A stretch of DNA of 36,160 bases from an uncultured Planctomycetaceae bacterium. Lineage in GTDB: Bacteria > Planctomycetota > Planctomycetia > Pirellulales > Thermoguttaceae. The stretch spans positions 1-36,160 of the forward strand of contig CAZLDQ010000029.1 of the NCBI GenBank assembly GCA_964558295.1. Reading direction: 5' to 3'. This document shows positions 1-9,457 of the stretch, piece after piece; position 1 is the stretch's first letter; every line of letters begins with the position of its first letter. Below the pieces are notes generated by a model. The model saw only the letters and a program-made list of their open reading frames with translations, did not search any database and was not told the DNA's origin. The position numbers and the translations under genes are program-made.

Positions 1-33
1 GGGCCAGCTGCAGCGCGATGGAGTCCTTGAAGA

Positions 34-215
34 GGGTTTAGAGTTTAGAGTGTCGGGTTTAGGGTTTAGGGTTTAGGGTTTAGGGTTTAGGGTTTAGGGG
101 GCTGGGGGCAGGGCGTGAGGGGGTTCTGGGAGTTGTGTGGAAGGAGTTGAGCATCGTCCCAGCCAAGCCGATGGATCTTGCTGCGAAATCCTGATCCCCG
201 AACCCTGAACCCTCT
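34..215. repeat. G-rich intergenic repeat element, copy 1. Degenerate then perfect (GGGTTTA)7 heptad tract (perfect units 55-103), followed by a conserved tail motif gcgaaatcctgaNcNccgaaccct at 184-207.
   Basis: Direct reading: gggtttagagtttagag...(gggttta)x7...ggggg. Same start (gtgtcgggtt) and same tail motif as the element at 4513-4650. Lies 16 nt 3' of the TAG stop of the minus-strand SPFH gene. Confidence 0.8.
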
Positions 216-222
216 TGCACTA

Positions 223-1602
223 CTAGTTCTCGTCCTCTTCTCCCACGAGCCGCTGCTCGACCTTGTCGGCTTGCCAGGCCAGGGCGGCCAGGAGGCGACT
301 GACGGAGAGGGGATCAAGAGTATCGGCGAGTCGGTTCGCTTGAAGGACGACTTTGGGGATGCGCTCCAGCTCGCGAATGGCGAAGGCGCCGTGGAGCATG
401 GTTGTGTTGTAGCGCAACAGCGACATGGCGTTTTCCTGGACCACCGGGCCGCAGACGGACCAGAAGGCCACGATCGGATTGCCCGAGGGATCCTGCTGAC
501 TGAAATCGACGAAGATCCGCTGCTTGCGCAAGGGCTTGAGAGGGACGATGATCTGCCAAGTGTCGGCCGATTCGTCGAGTGTGTAGCCGGCGGCCTGGGC
601 GACGGAGCGGACGAGTCCCTTCGGGTCGACGGCTGGTGAGACCAGATCGCCGAACTCGGTGCCCAACAGGTTGGCCGCCACGCCGGCGGCCGCCACGCCG
701 GCGCCGGCGGCTGTTTTGGGCAATGAGGCGGGACGCGGCTGAGGCGTGGCGGGGGCCGTGTTTTCGGCGGCCATGGCTTGTTGGATCATGCCGGGGAGCA
801 TCATGCCGAAGCCGGCCCCCATTCCCATGCCCATTGGGCCACTCGCGCCGCCCTGTTCGGCCAGTCGCGACATGCTCTGGGCGGCTTGGAACTTCATGAA
901 GGCGTTCAGGTCGCCGACAGCGCCCATCGAGCTTCGGGCGTCGATTGCCCGTTGGACCTCTTCCGGCGGAGTGATCGCGTTGATGAAGAAGTCGACCAGT
1001 TCCAGGCCGTATTTTTCAAAATCTTCAGCCACCTTTGCGCGGGTGGCCGAGGCAATCTCGTCGTATCGAGCCGGCAAGTCCAACAGGCTGAGTCCCAGCG
1101 TGCCGAGGAGGTCGGTGAGCCGTGCGACGACCAGATCCCGCAAAAACGACGTGGCCTCGGCCGTGGTGTACTTTCCCTGGGTGCCGACCAGGGTGTTCAG
1201 GAGGACGGTGGCATCCGTCACGCGGAACGAGTACTTGCCAAAACTCCGCAGGCGGACCATGCCAAACTCGGCGTCGCGGAGGGGAATCGGCTGTCGCGTT
1301 CCCCACTTCTGATCCAAGAAGGTCTGCTTGCCGATGAAGTAGACTTGGCACTGAAACGGCGACTGCTCCCAGGGGAGCGTCAAGAGTCGGGTGATGATCG
1401 GCAGGTTGGCCGTGGTGAGCGTATAGCGGCCCGGTCCAAACCGGTCCATCGCCCGGCCATCGCGAAAGAAGATCGCCTCCTGATTCTCCTGCACGATCAA
1501 CTGGGCCCCGAACTTGATATCCGCCGACCCACCGGGGGGAATACGCTGGATTAAGGAACTGTTCGTTTCATCGAGGAATTGGATGACTTCGAGGCGGAGC
1601 AT
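223..1602 (-). CDS. SPFH/band-7 (stomatin-prohibitin-flotillin) domain protein of the COG4260-like family, with a Gly/Met-rich linker and a C-terminal YbjN-like putative sensory-transduction-regulator domain.
   Basis: N-terminus MLRLEVIQF...GAQLIVQENQEAIFFRDGRAMDRFGPGRYTLTTANLPII...WGT matches the conserved start of COG4260 SPFH proteins. C-terminal ~130 aa (FVDFSQQDP...AFWSVCGP...LLRYNTTMLHGAFAIRE...) resembles the YbjN family. AAGGA ribosome-binding site ~10 nt upstream of the ATG. Confidence 0.75.
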   Translation of the reverse strand: MLRLEVIQFLDETNSSLIQRIPPGGSADIKFGAQLIVQENQEAIFFRDGRAMDRFGPGRYTLTTANLPIITRLLTLPWEQSPFQCQVYFIGKQTFLDQKWGTRQPIPLRDAEFGMVRLRSFGKYSFRVTDATVLLNTLVGTQGKYTTAEATSFLRDLVVARLTDLLGTLGLSLLDLPARYDEIASATRAKVAEDFEKYGLELVDFFINAITPPEEVQRAIDARSSMGAVGDLNAFMKFQAAQSMSRLAEQGGASGPMGMGMGAGFGMMLPGMIQQAMAAENTAPATPQPRPASLPKTAAGAGVAAAGVAANLLGTEFGDLVSPAVDPKGLVRSVAQAAGYTLDESADTWQIIVPLKPLRKQRIFVDFSQQDPSGNPIVAFWSVCGPVVQENAMSLLRYNTTMLHGAFAIRELERIPKVVLQANRLADTLDPLSVSRLLAALAWQADKVEQRLVGEEDEN

Positions 1603-1766
1603 TGGGGGAGTCCTTTAGTAGTACGCAGTGGGCGGTGTCGCACCCTTGCTATTGCTTGTTTTTCCTTGTTGTGCCTGAAGGCAACGCTGTATACAAGACG
1701 GACACTTCTCGTTCGCTATGGACTTCTATTCCACGTTCCCCATCACCATTCACCATTCACTAACCA

Positions 1767-2276
1767 CTATTCCATTTGTCGCAGTATTTGTTCGCGGGTA
1801 TCCCAGTCGCGGTCGAGTTGAGCGAGGCGAGCATGGAGGTCGGGGAAGGCGTTGGGGAATTGCAAGTCGGATGAGGGGAGTTGTTGGATCGTTTGGACCA
1901 GGTCGTCGACACGTTGCATCAGGTCGAGGTCGTGGAGATAGACGCGATCAAGGGCGTCGGTGTCGATCTGGACACGGTCGAAAAAACCGCTGTAGCCTCG
2001 CATCGCACCGCGGATTCGAGCGATCAGCTTGTCGAGGCGGGCACGGAGACGGTCAACTTGGGGGAGCAAGTCGAGTTGCCCCAGGTCGGCAAGCGTCTGG
2101 TTCAGGGGGGTCAGGACACTTTTGGCCCGTTGGAGTTGATCGGCCAGCCACTGGCGGGTTGCCGTATCACTTTCCCGGCGATCTTCCCGTTCCAGGTACC
2201 CCCGGAAGCCGGGAAGATAGCGGAGGAATCCTTTGATCGGATCATGTTGCCGGGGTGATTCGCTCGGATCAAGCAT
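1767..2276 (-). CDS. Hypothetical protein (169 aa), Leu/Asp/Arg-rich and predicted helical, co-oriented upstream of the SPFH gene.
   Basis: Clean ORF with coding-like codon usage. No recognisable family. Confidence 0.5.
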   Translation of the reverse strand: MLDPSESPRQHDPIKGFLRYLPGFRGYLEREDRRESDTATRQWLADQLQRAKSVLTPLNQTLADLGQLDLLPQVDRLRARLDKLIARIRGAMRGYSGFFDRVQIDTDALDRVYLHDLDLMQRVDDLVQTIQQLPSSDLQFPNAFPDLHARLAQLDRDWDTREQILRQME

Positions 2277-2605
2277 GGAAAAGCTCCCTGATGAGCGGAG
2301 AACAGCGGCCAGTCTTCAACTGCTCACGACCTTTGCTCGTTCGTTGTGGTGTGCATCTGTATATCATGCTGCCCACTCTTTCCCTACCTCAGCATCATAC
2401 CGCCTAGTCTTCGGAAGCACACTAGCTCTGCGTGGGACATTCCTTAGCGAGGCGGCTTTCCCGGTTTTCCCAAGGCCTCAGGTTTGGGGGGAATTTGGGA
2501 TTGATTCGTCTTGGCGACTGGCAGGGACGATGCTATAGTCCGGCCCTGACCTCATCTTCTGGGTAGATCGTGCACCCAAGGTCAACGGTAGGGCGAGTGC
2601 AACGC

Positions 2606-3292
2606 ATGGCGGGTTTCCTTGGCAAATGCGTAATGACGTGGGTCGTCTGTCTTTGGGCAGCAGGGCTCAGCGGCTGCACGGGGACGAGCGGGATGAGGCT
2701 GTTCGGCCAGAAGACGTCGGACGTTGTGCCGGGGATCCCCTCGCCGGCGGAACGAATCGCCTTGTTGCGTGAGGTGGGCAAAAAGAGGGTCACGCCGGAG
2801 AAGCAGGAGCAGATCGCCCGGGAACTGGAGGCGGTCTATCGCCAAGAGGACGACCCGTTGATCCGGGCGGAAATTGTCCGGACCTTGGCCAAGTTTCAGG
2901 CGGAATCGGCCGTCGCGGTTCTGCGGACGGCGGTGAACGATGCGAACGGCGATGTGCGGATTGCCGCGTGTAAGGCTTGGGGAAACCGACGCGACGATGA
3001 AGCGGTTACCCAACTCAGTCGAGTCTTGGGAAGCGATACCGACGTGGATGTGCGCTTGGCTGCCGCGGAAGCACTGGGCGAGACAGGCCAGGCGAGGGCG
3101 ATTTCCGCGTTGGGGCAGGCGCTGGACGACCGCGATCCGGCGATGCAGTATCGCGCTGTGGCATCGCTCAAAAAGGTGAGCGATCAGGATCTGGGCGATG
3201 ACGTCGATCGATGGCGACAGTACGTTAAGGGCGAATTACCGGGACCGGAAAAACCGGTTTCAGTTGTCGAGCGATTCCGCCGAATGTTTTAA
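2606..3292 (+). CDS. HEAT-repeat (PBS-lyase-like) lipoprotein.
   Basis: Signal peptide with lipobox (..WAAGLSGC). Repeated DxxVRxxAAxALG HEAT/PBS motifs (DGDVRIAACKAWG, DVDVRLAAAEALG, DPAMQYRAVASL). Start chosen at the internal Met 2606; the longer ORF from 2570 is possible. Confidence 0.7.
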   Translation: MAGFLGKCVMTWVVCLWAAGLSGCTGTSGMRLFGQKTSDVVPGIPSPAERIALLREVGKKRVTPEKQEQIARELEAVYRQEDDPLIRAEIVRTLAKFQAESAVAVLRTAVNDANGDVRIAACKAWGNRRDDEAVTQLSRVLGSDTDVDVRLAAAEALGETGQARAISALGQALDDRDPAMQYRAVASLKKVSDQDLGDDVDRWRQYVKGELPGPEKPVSVVERFRRMF

Positions 3293-3567
3293 CAAGCTCT
3301 TCTATCCTGTGGCGCCGTGTTGCGGTTGCCCTCTGCCGGAAAAAAACATACCATAGATCGAGTCGGCGTCTTATGAGTCGGTGTGCTGCCCGTGACGTAG
3401 CTCCTGGCTTGGGTGCAGTCGGTCCGGTCCTCTTGCCGGGCACGCTGGGCCGCTGGTCACTGGTTGTGCCGCCAGTGCCCCCTGATGAGGCGTCGCCACC
3501 CCAGGCCGATGCGACTCTCTCGGCCACTGAAACTGGAACTGTCCCCCGGGCCCCCCTTCCGGAAACC

Positions 3568-4512
3568 ATGACGCCGTTGCGGATCTCTGATCGCTTCCGG
3601 ATACTTTTTACCACGGCGATTCAATTGGCCGAAGCGACCGGCGCTCACGGGGTGCTCGTGCTCCTGAGCGGTCCCACCGATTGGACGCGTCTGAAGACCT
3701 TGGCCGGTACGACCAAGGTTCTGGTTGCCGCCGACTCGGCCGCGGAACTCCAGGGGGCCGTTGCTGCCGGCCTGCAAGTCATCGAACTCAATATGGCCGA
3801 CAGTCCTGTTTACGACCGTCTGACCCAGGCCCTCCTGGAAGCCGTAGCGGACGATCTAGTCCCCCCCGGTTCCAGCGTGGTTGTCATGTATAGCGGTTTT
3901 GATGCCGAGGGGATCGATTCTGTCAGTTTGGTCAATCTGGGGGAACACCTCGATCGGCTCACCGGACGCGACTTGCGACGGCTTGAGACCCGGGTTCCGC
4001 TGGACACCCTCAAGCTGGTCGTTGACTTGGCCGTAGAAATCGGCCGCGAGGGGCGCGAAGGGAAGCCGGTCGGCACGATGTTCGTTGTTGGCGATACCCG
4101 CAAGGTGTTGGCCAGCAGCCGGTCTGTCGGTTTTGATCCGGTGCGCGGTTACAGTCGGAAGGATCGCTCCCTGAATGATCCGCGTGTTCGAGAAGGGATC
4201 AAGGAGATTGCCCAGATGGATGGGGCGATCATTATCTCGTCCGATGCGACGGTCGAGGCCGCTTGCCGCTACGTCGATTCCTCGGCGGCTACGATTACCC
4301 TTTCCAAGGGGCTTGGTGCCCGTCACTGGGCTGCTGCAGCCATCAGTCGCGCGACCAAAGCGGTCGCCGTGACGGTCAGTCAGTCGACCGGTACAGTGCG
4401 CATCTTTCAGAACGGCGAGGTCATGCTTCGTATCGAACCGTTGCGCCGGCGCCCGATGGTCTGGAAAGATTTTGAGTATGAGCCTCCGACCGAGCCTCGC
4501 GCGAAGAGCTAG
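3568..4512 (+). CDS. Diadenylate cyclase (c-di-AMP synthase) with a DAC/DisA_N domain. An N-terminal ~170-aa alpha/beta extension gives a CdaZ/DacZ-like architecture.
   Basis: C-terminal DAC-domain motifs: DGAIIISSD, LGARHWAAAAIS, TKAVAVTVSQSTGTVRIFQNGE. Start ambiguous: ATG 3568 (MTPLRISDRF) is preferred over ATG 3373, because the 3373-3567 stretch has lower third-codon-position GC and low-complexity translation. Confidence 0.72.
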   Translation: MTPLRISDRFRILFTTAIQLAEATGAHGVLVLLSGPTDWTRLKTLAGTTKVLVAADSAAELQGAVAAGLQVIELNMADSPVYDRLTQALLEAVADDLVPPGSSVVVMYSGFDAEGIDSVSLVNLGEHLDRLTGRDLRRLETRVPLDTLKLVVDLAVEIGREGREGKPVGTMFVVGDTRKVLASSRSVGFDPVRGYSRKDRSLNDPRVREGIKEIAQMDGAIIISSDATVEAACRYVDSSAATITLSKGLGARHWAAAAISRATKAVAVTVSQSTGTVRIFQNGEVMLRIEPLRRRPMVWKDFEYEPPTEPRAKS

Positions 4513-4650
4513 TGTCGGGTTCAGGGGGGCAGAGTTCGGGGGGGAGTGGTTAGGGGTAGGGCAGGGGAAGGCGTAGTCATGTGAAATCGGTTTGCTTTTG
4601 GAACCGAGTCCGGAAGCGAAATCCTGAACTCCGAACCCTTCTTAGCCCGG
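4513..4650. repeat. G-rich intergenic repeat element, copy 2, homologous to 34-215. Starts gtgtcgggtt, has G-tracts (GGGGGG, GGGGGGG, GGGG, GGG), and ends with the conserved tail motif gcgaaatcctgaactccgaaccct (4616-4639).
   Basis: Begins immediately after the TAG stop of the DAC gene (4512). Lies 45 nt 3' of the TAG stop (4685) of the convergent minus-strand gene. Shared start and tail motif with copy 1. Confidence 0.75.
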
Positions 4651-4684
4651 CAAATGCCGAGACTTGCCACACAAGCGGGCATCC

Positions 4685-5386
4685 CTACGATACGGGGCGT
4701 TCGATCGTCAGGTGGACTTCATATCGCTCGTGGGGGTGGTCGGCTTTGAGCACGGGGAATTGGCGGATCCAGAGGATCCCCCGCGGTTGGCGGCCATCGC
4801 CGGGCGCTTCGTAGATGAACTGCCCCGGGTCGTTGGTTAACCGTCGGGCAAACCCGTGCTGGGCGGTCATGAGCGTGATGATTCGTCGTACGTCCCCAGT
4901 GGTGCCAACGAATGTGATCCGCTGGAGTTGTTGCCAGGGGTTGAAGTAATAGGTCAACGAACCGGCCAGATCGTCTTCGGCTGGTCCGGTAACCAGTGGT
5001 ACCCGGTAGCCCTGCAACTGCAGTTGTCCCAGGGCGGTGGACACACGGGGCCAATTCTCGGTGATCCAACGTGGCGAGAGGTCAAAGCGGAAAACCTCGG
5101 CCATATCGTGGATGGGCGGTTCCTCGGTGGACGGGGCAGGGGGGGGCGACACGGTCGCCGTTGTCGGGGAGAGGGCTGGTGCGCCTGGGATCTCTGCGGA
5201 AAGAGCCGCAGGTGGGGCCGGTTGAGAGGGCTCAACGCTTGGCTTGGACGCGGAAGACGGGCTCAGGGAGGCGGTCAGACCGGGCCACCCCGCAGCCCCC
5301 GAGAACCAAGCCACTGGCCCACCGGCGCATGCCGCGGGAATCACGACATAGATCAACAGGGTGCGAAGAGCCTTACGGTAGTCCAT
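4685..5386 (-). CDS. Hypothetical secreted/membrane-anchored protein with a Pro/Ala/Ser-rich linker.
   Basis: N-terminal hydrophobic segment (LLIYVVIPAACAGG). Start chosen at Met 5386; the longer ORF runs to 5470. No family recognised. Confidence 0.5.
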   Translation of the reverse strand: MDYRKALRTLLIYVVIPAACAGGPVAWFSGAAGWPGLTASLSPSSASKPSVEPSQPAPPAALSAEIPGAPALSPTTATVSPPPAPSTEEPPIHDMAEVFRFDLSPRWITENWPRVSTALGQLQLQGYRVPLVTGPAEDDLAGSLTYYFNPWQQLQRITFVGTTGDVRRIITLMTAQHGFARRLTNDPGQFIYEAPGDGRQPRGILWIRQFPVLKADHPHERYEVHLTIERPVS

Positions 5387-5621
5387 GGGGCGACTCAGGG
5401 AATCAGGCCGTGCGGTCAGTGGGAGTCTTTGCCTTCTGCCAGGGGGCTTGCGCACTGCTACCGCCTCCACGGCACGTTTTTAGCATCGGCATCGGACGCG
5501 GGTTGGCTTGCCGGTAGTCGTCGAGGGTCGGCTTGGAGGGGCCGAATCATCCGGCTTGGCCAAATGACCATTGCGTTGACTTTGCTGGTCGGCTAAATTG
5601 GCGTAGACAGAGAGACTTTTC

Positions 5622-5879
5622 ATGCATCAAAGACTTATCCCGCAAGGCGTTCTGTTTCTGCTTGTGGCCCTGGCGCTTCTGTTCGCGATCGGTTTTGGCC
5701 TGCTGATGGCAGTAGGCCGAATTCTGGGCGCGATGGGTGACCTTGGGGGGGCCGTCGTGGTAGACTATATGGCTCTGGGGTGCGGTGTCCTGTTTGTGTT
5801 TGACCTGATCCTGCTGGTGCTTGTTTTGGGGTTGCGTAGTGTGGTCGAGCCCGAGGATCGGTCGGACACGAAAACCTGA
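5622..5879 (+). CDS. Small hydrophobic membrane protein (85 aa), hypothetical.
   Basis: Two predicted transmembrane helices. Short ORF, so weak. Confidence 0.3.
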   Translation: MHQRLIPQGVLFLLVALALLFAIGFGLLMAVGRILGAMGDLGGAVVVDYMALGCGVLFVFDLILLVLVLGLRSVVEPEDRSDTKT

Positions 5880-5976
5880 CTGAGCCACCAGAGGCAAGCT
5901 TCCGCTGCCCATTTGACCGAGGACAAATGGCGTACAGGGGAGGAAGCCTCAAGATGTTTCATGATGCGGAACGCCG

Positions 5977-6915
5977 ATGGCGATTCGATTTCTCTGCCGA
6001 GAGTGCCGTCAACTATTGAGCATCGCGAGCCGCAAGGCGGGGACGGTTATCGAGTGTCCCAAGTGTGCGGCGGTCCAGGTGGTGCCTGATGAAGAGACGG
6101 CCGAGGCTGCACGAGAACCTCTTTTCTCCCGTCACGCGCCTGGGGAGACTGGTGTGGATTTGGCAGACGAGTCGCAGGGGCTGGGCGTCGTCGATCGGCC
6201 GGTCGAGATGACCGCTTCGGGCCCGCCGCTGCCGATTCCCGTCGCCGCGAGCGACCCGCCGCCGGTGCCGGTTATGGACATTGGCTCCTCGCTTCCGAGC
6301 GATTGGATTCTCTTTCGACGCCATACGATCTATGTGCAAGGCATCCTCTTCGTCCTGGTAGCCTTCGTTTCGTTGGGCTTGGGCGTAGCGATTGGTCGGG
6401 TCAGCACGTATCTCGGTCCGGTTCGCGGTAGCGTCTTGGCCAGTGGCGATGAACCGGGACAAGTGTTGGTTGAAGGGCGTCTCTGCTACGACTTGGGCGA
6501 CGGCAGACTGGCCGGCGATCAAGATTCCGTGCTCCTCTTCGTACCCTCCAATCAGAAGCCGGCCGAACTGATCCCGATTCGTGGGCTTCGCCCGCAAGAT
6601 CCGGCGCCGGCCGCGTCCCACCGTGGGCTGCGGCGTGTTGAAGAGTTGGGCGGGGGCTATGCGCGTGCGGACGCCACCGGGGGCTTCCATGCAGTCCTTC
6701 CTCACGGCGGGAAATACTACCTGTTGCTGATCTCCCGTCATGTGAATCGGCCTACGGACGCCTTCATCGATGAAGTCGATCGCGAACAGATTGGCAAGTA
6801 TTTTAGCCGTGCCGAAGATCTTATCGGCCGTTCGAAGTACCGCTGGACCCTTGAGACCTTCCGCTCGGGCGGTCCTGCGGTGATGTACAACTTCGGTCGT
6901 GAGGGGGAGGAGTGA
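5977..6915 (+). CDS. Hypothetical membrane protein with an N-terminal zinc-ribbon (CxxC...CxxC).
   Basis: MAIRFLCRECRQ...ECPKCAAV zinc-ribbon motif, Pro-rich linker, one transmembrane segment (ILFVLVAFVSLGLGVAIG), then a C-terminal soluble domain. Confidence 0.6.
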   Translation: MAIRFLCRECRQLLSIASRKAGTVIECPKCAAVQVVPDEETAEAAREPLFSRHAPGETGVDLADESQGLGVVDRPVEMTASGPPLPIPVAASDPPPVPVMDIGSSLPSDWILFRRHTIYVQGILFVLVAFVSLGLGVAIGRVSTYLGPVRGSVLASGDEPGQVLVEGRLCYDLGDGRLAGDQDSVLLFVPSNQKPAELIPIRGLRPQDPAPAASHRGLRRVEELGGGYARADATGGFHAVLPHGGKYYLLLISRHVNRPTDAFIDEVDREQIGKYFSRAEDLIGRSKYRWTLETFRSGGPAVMYNFGREGEE

Positions 6916-7456
6916 AGGGGGAAGACGATATTTCGGTCTATCGCATTCCGACTTTCTGCTTTTGCCTTCAGAAGTCCTCGGACGAATGTCCGTGAGTCTT
7001 GGCAAAGGCGATAGCATGAGCAAGGAGTGAGCCTGCACACTTCTGGAACGTCAGCAAGGAAGAGACAGCCGAGCCATGGGGGCTGCCGCGTTCGCCAGAA
7101 GTGCTTGATGGCCTTCCGAATCTTGGCGCCGAGGTCATCCATGGCATACCACCCGCGCAGTGCTGGACAAATCTGTGTTGGCGCGTTCAATATTGCGTTT
7201 GGCGAGTTCCAGAGGATAGGGAGCGGGATGGTGTCGCGTTGAAGCTCCGGTCAACCCTGACCAGATCTGTGGAAACCACTTCGGGTGGTTTTCGGCCGAG
7301 ATGCCACTGAGTACGCGAGGGGCTACGCTTGGTTTGCGATAGCCCCCCGGCTTGCGTTCCATCAGTATGAACTCGATATCGTTTTTTTGATAACGGCGTT
7401 AGGCTCGTAGGGCTTGCCAAGAAAAGCAGACCCGTTGACTCTGCAATTTGCAACCT

Positions 7457-9283
7457 CTACTTCCAGCGAAGGACGGCGCCGGTGTCGGCGCTGGTGGCCA
7501 TTGCCGCGTACTTGGCCAGGTAGCCGGTCTTGTAGCGTGGTTCGCGGGGCTTCCAGTTTTTGGCCCGCTGGGCCAGTTCGGCCTCGGTCAGCCGCACGTT
7601 GAGGGTGTGGGCGGGAATGTCGATCTCGACGATATCGCCCGGTTCCAGAAGGCCGATCGGGCCACCACTGGCGGCTTCGGGGCTGATGTGGCCGATACAG
7701 GCCCCGGCGGTGCCGCCGGAGAAGCGGCCGTCGGTGATCAGGGCAACCTTGTCGTCGAGCCCCACGCCCTTGATGGCCGTCGTCGGGGCCAGCATTTCCT
7801 GCATGCCCGGACCGCCGCGTGGTCCTTCGTAGCGGATTACGACCACATCGCCGGCCTTGACTTTGCCGTTGACGATTCCTGTATAGGCGTCGGTCTCGGA
7901 TTCAAAAATCACGGCCGGTCCGCTGTGGCGGAGCATTTCGGGTTTGACGCCAGCGGTCTTGATCACGGCGCCTTGCGGGGCTAGGTTGCCATACAGAATG
8001 CTCAGGCCACCTTCCTGGCTGTAGGCCTTGTCGACCTCGCGCACACAGTCGTACGGATCGAAGCCCAACTGCTCCTTGGTGACTTCGCGGATCGTACCGG
8101 CGCGTTTGGCCACGACCATCCCTTGGTTCGTATGGCATCCGCCGGCGGTGACGGCGGCCAGTTCCAAGGCTTCCTGGGTTACCGTCTTTGCGCGAATGTC
8201 ATAGTCGGCGATGTTTTGGCCGAGCGTCTTGCCGGTGACCGTCGGGCAGTCGAGATTCAACAGGCCGGGGCGTCCGCGTTGGACGGCGCCGAGAATCGTG
8301 TGGATTCCGCCCGCGTTGTGTACATCCTCGATATGGTAGTGGCTACTCGGGGCCACTTTGCAGATGTTGGGCGTTTGGCGGCTGAGCTTGTTGATCCGCT
8401 CGATGTCGTAGGGGACTTCCGCTTCCTGGGCGATGGCCAGCGTATGGAGCACGGTGTTGGTGCTTCCGCCCATCGCCATGTCGAGGATCATTGCGTTGTC
8501 GATCGACTCGGCTGTGACGATCTCGCGTGGCAACAGCCCCTTTTGGTTTTTTTCCAACTGGTGGACCATTTCCACGATCCGCTTGGCTGCCCGCTGAAAC
8601 AACTTGGCTCGCTCGGCACTGGTGGCCAAAAGCGTGCCGTTGGTGGGCAGGGCCAGCCCGAGGGCTTCGCAGAGGCAGTTCATGCTGTTGGCCGTAAACA
8701 TTCCGGAGCAGGAGCCGCAGGTCGGACAGCCGGCCTGTTCCATCGCATGGAGTTGCTCCTCGGTCAGTTGGCCGCGTTGCTTGGCGGCGGCGGCGATGAA
8801 GACGTCGATCAGGTCAACCTTTTTGCCGTCCGGGCCACGACCGGCTTCCATCGGCCCGCCGCTGACGAAGATCGTCGGGATATTGCAGCGCAAGGCACCC
8901 ATGATCATGCCCGGGACGATCTTGTCGCAATTGGGGATACAGATCATCGCATCGAAGCAGTGGGCGTTGACCATTGTCTCGACCGCGTCGGCGATGATCT
9001 CGCGGCTGGGAAGCGAGTATTTCATGCCCGCATGGCCCATGGCGATCCCGTCGTCGACGCCAATTGTGTTGAACACGAAGGGGACACCGCCCGCCTCGCG
9101 CACACACTTCTTAACAAACTCCCCCACCTTGTCGAGGTGGACATGACCCGGGACGATATCGGTGTAACTGTTGCAGATCCCGATAAACGGCTTGTGGAAA
9201 TCGTCGTCTGTCAGGCCAGTAGCTCGCAGGAGGCTTCGATGGGGGGCTCGGGCATCGCCCAACTTGACCATATCGGATCGCAT
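7457..9283 (-). CDS. ilvD: Dihydroxy-acid dehydratase.
   Basis: Full-length match to IlvD/EDD family signatures ([25 protein letters not shown], the [Fe-S] ligand Cys pattern, [17 protein letters not shown]). Confidence 0.95.
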   Translation of the reverse strand: MRSDMVKLGDARAPHRSLLRATGLTDDDFHKPFIGICNSYTDIVPGHVHLDKVGEFVKKCVREAGGVPFVFNTIGVDDGIAMGHAGMKYSLPSREIIADAVETMVNAHCFDAMICIPNCDKIVPGMIMGALRCNIPTIFVSGGPMEAGRGPDGKKVDLIDVFIAAAAKQRGQLTEEQLHAMEQAGCPTCGSCSGMFTANSMNCLCEALGLALPTNGTLLATSAERAKLFQRAAKRIVEMVHQLEKNQKGLLPREIVTAESIDNAMILDMAMGGSTNTVLHTLAIAQEAEVPYDIERINKLSRQTPNICKVAPSSHYHIEDVHNAGGIHTILGAVQRGRPGLLNLDCPTVTGKTLGQNIADYDIRAKTVTQEALELAAVTAGGCHTNQGMVVAKRAGTIREVTKEQLGFDPYDCVREVDKAYSQEGGLSILYGNLAPQGAVIKTAGVKPEMLRHSGPAVIFESETDAYTGIVNGKVKAGDVVVIRYEGPRGGPGMQEMLAPTTAIKGVGLDDKVALITDGRFSGGTAGACIGHISPEAASGGPIGLLEPGDIVEIDIPAHTLNVRLTEAELAQRAKNWKPREPRYKTGYLAKYAAMATSADTGAVLRWK

Positions 9284-9457
9284 GGCGGCTCATCCTTTCG
9301 TTCGAATCAAAACGGATAATCCCTGATTGTAAACCTTAGCACGATTGTCGACCAGAGCCCGAAAGGTGTGGGGCTTGTCCTCTCCGTGTTGACTCTGTAC
9401 ACAGTGGGCAGGTGCGCGGATTCGTCATTCATCATTCAGCCTTCATCATTTTTCCAA

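Noticed and set aside
34-108. Possibility that the (GGGTTTA)n tract marks a true telomere or linear replicon end, or eukaryotic contamination.
   Set aside because: Ordinary sequence precedes it at 1-33. It is followed immediately by bacterial genes. A homologous element without perfect heptads lies internally at 4513-4650. It fits a dispersed intergenic repeat family better.
3373-3567. Upstream in-frame extension of the diadenylate cyclase gene (start at 3373).
   Set aside because: The translation is low-complexity (PGLGAVGPVLLPG...PPVPPDEASPP) with lower third-position GC than the downstream coding region. Met 3568 gives a protein beginning at a folded domain. The extension remains possible but less likely.
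7135-7362. 75-aa minus-strand ORF (and neighbours) considered as a transposase or insertion-sequence remnant.
   Set aside because: No DDE or HTH motifs or terminal inverted repeats could be recognised by eye. It is kept only as a low-interest note.
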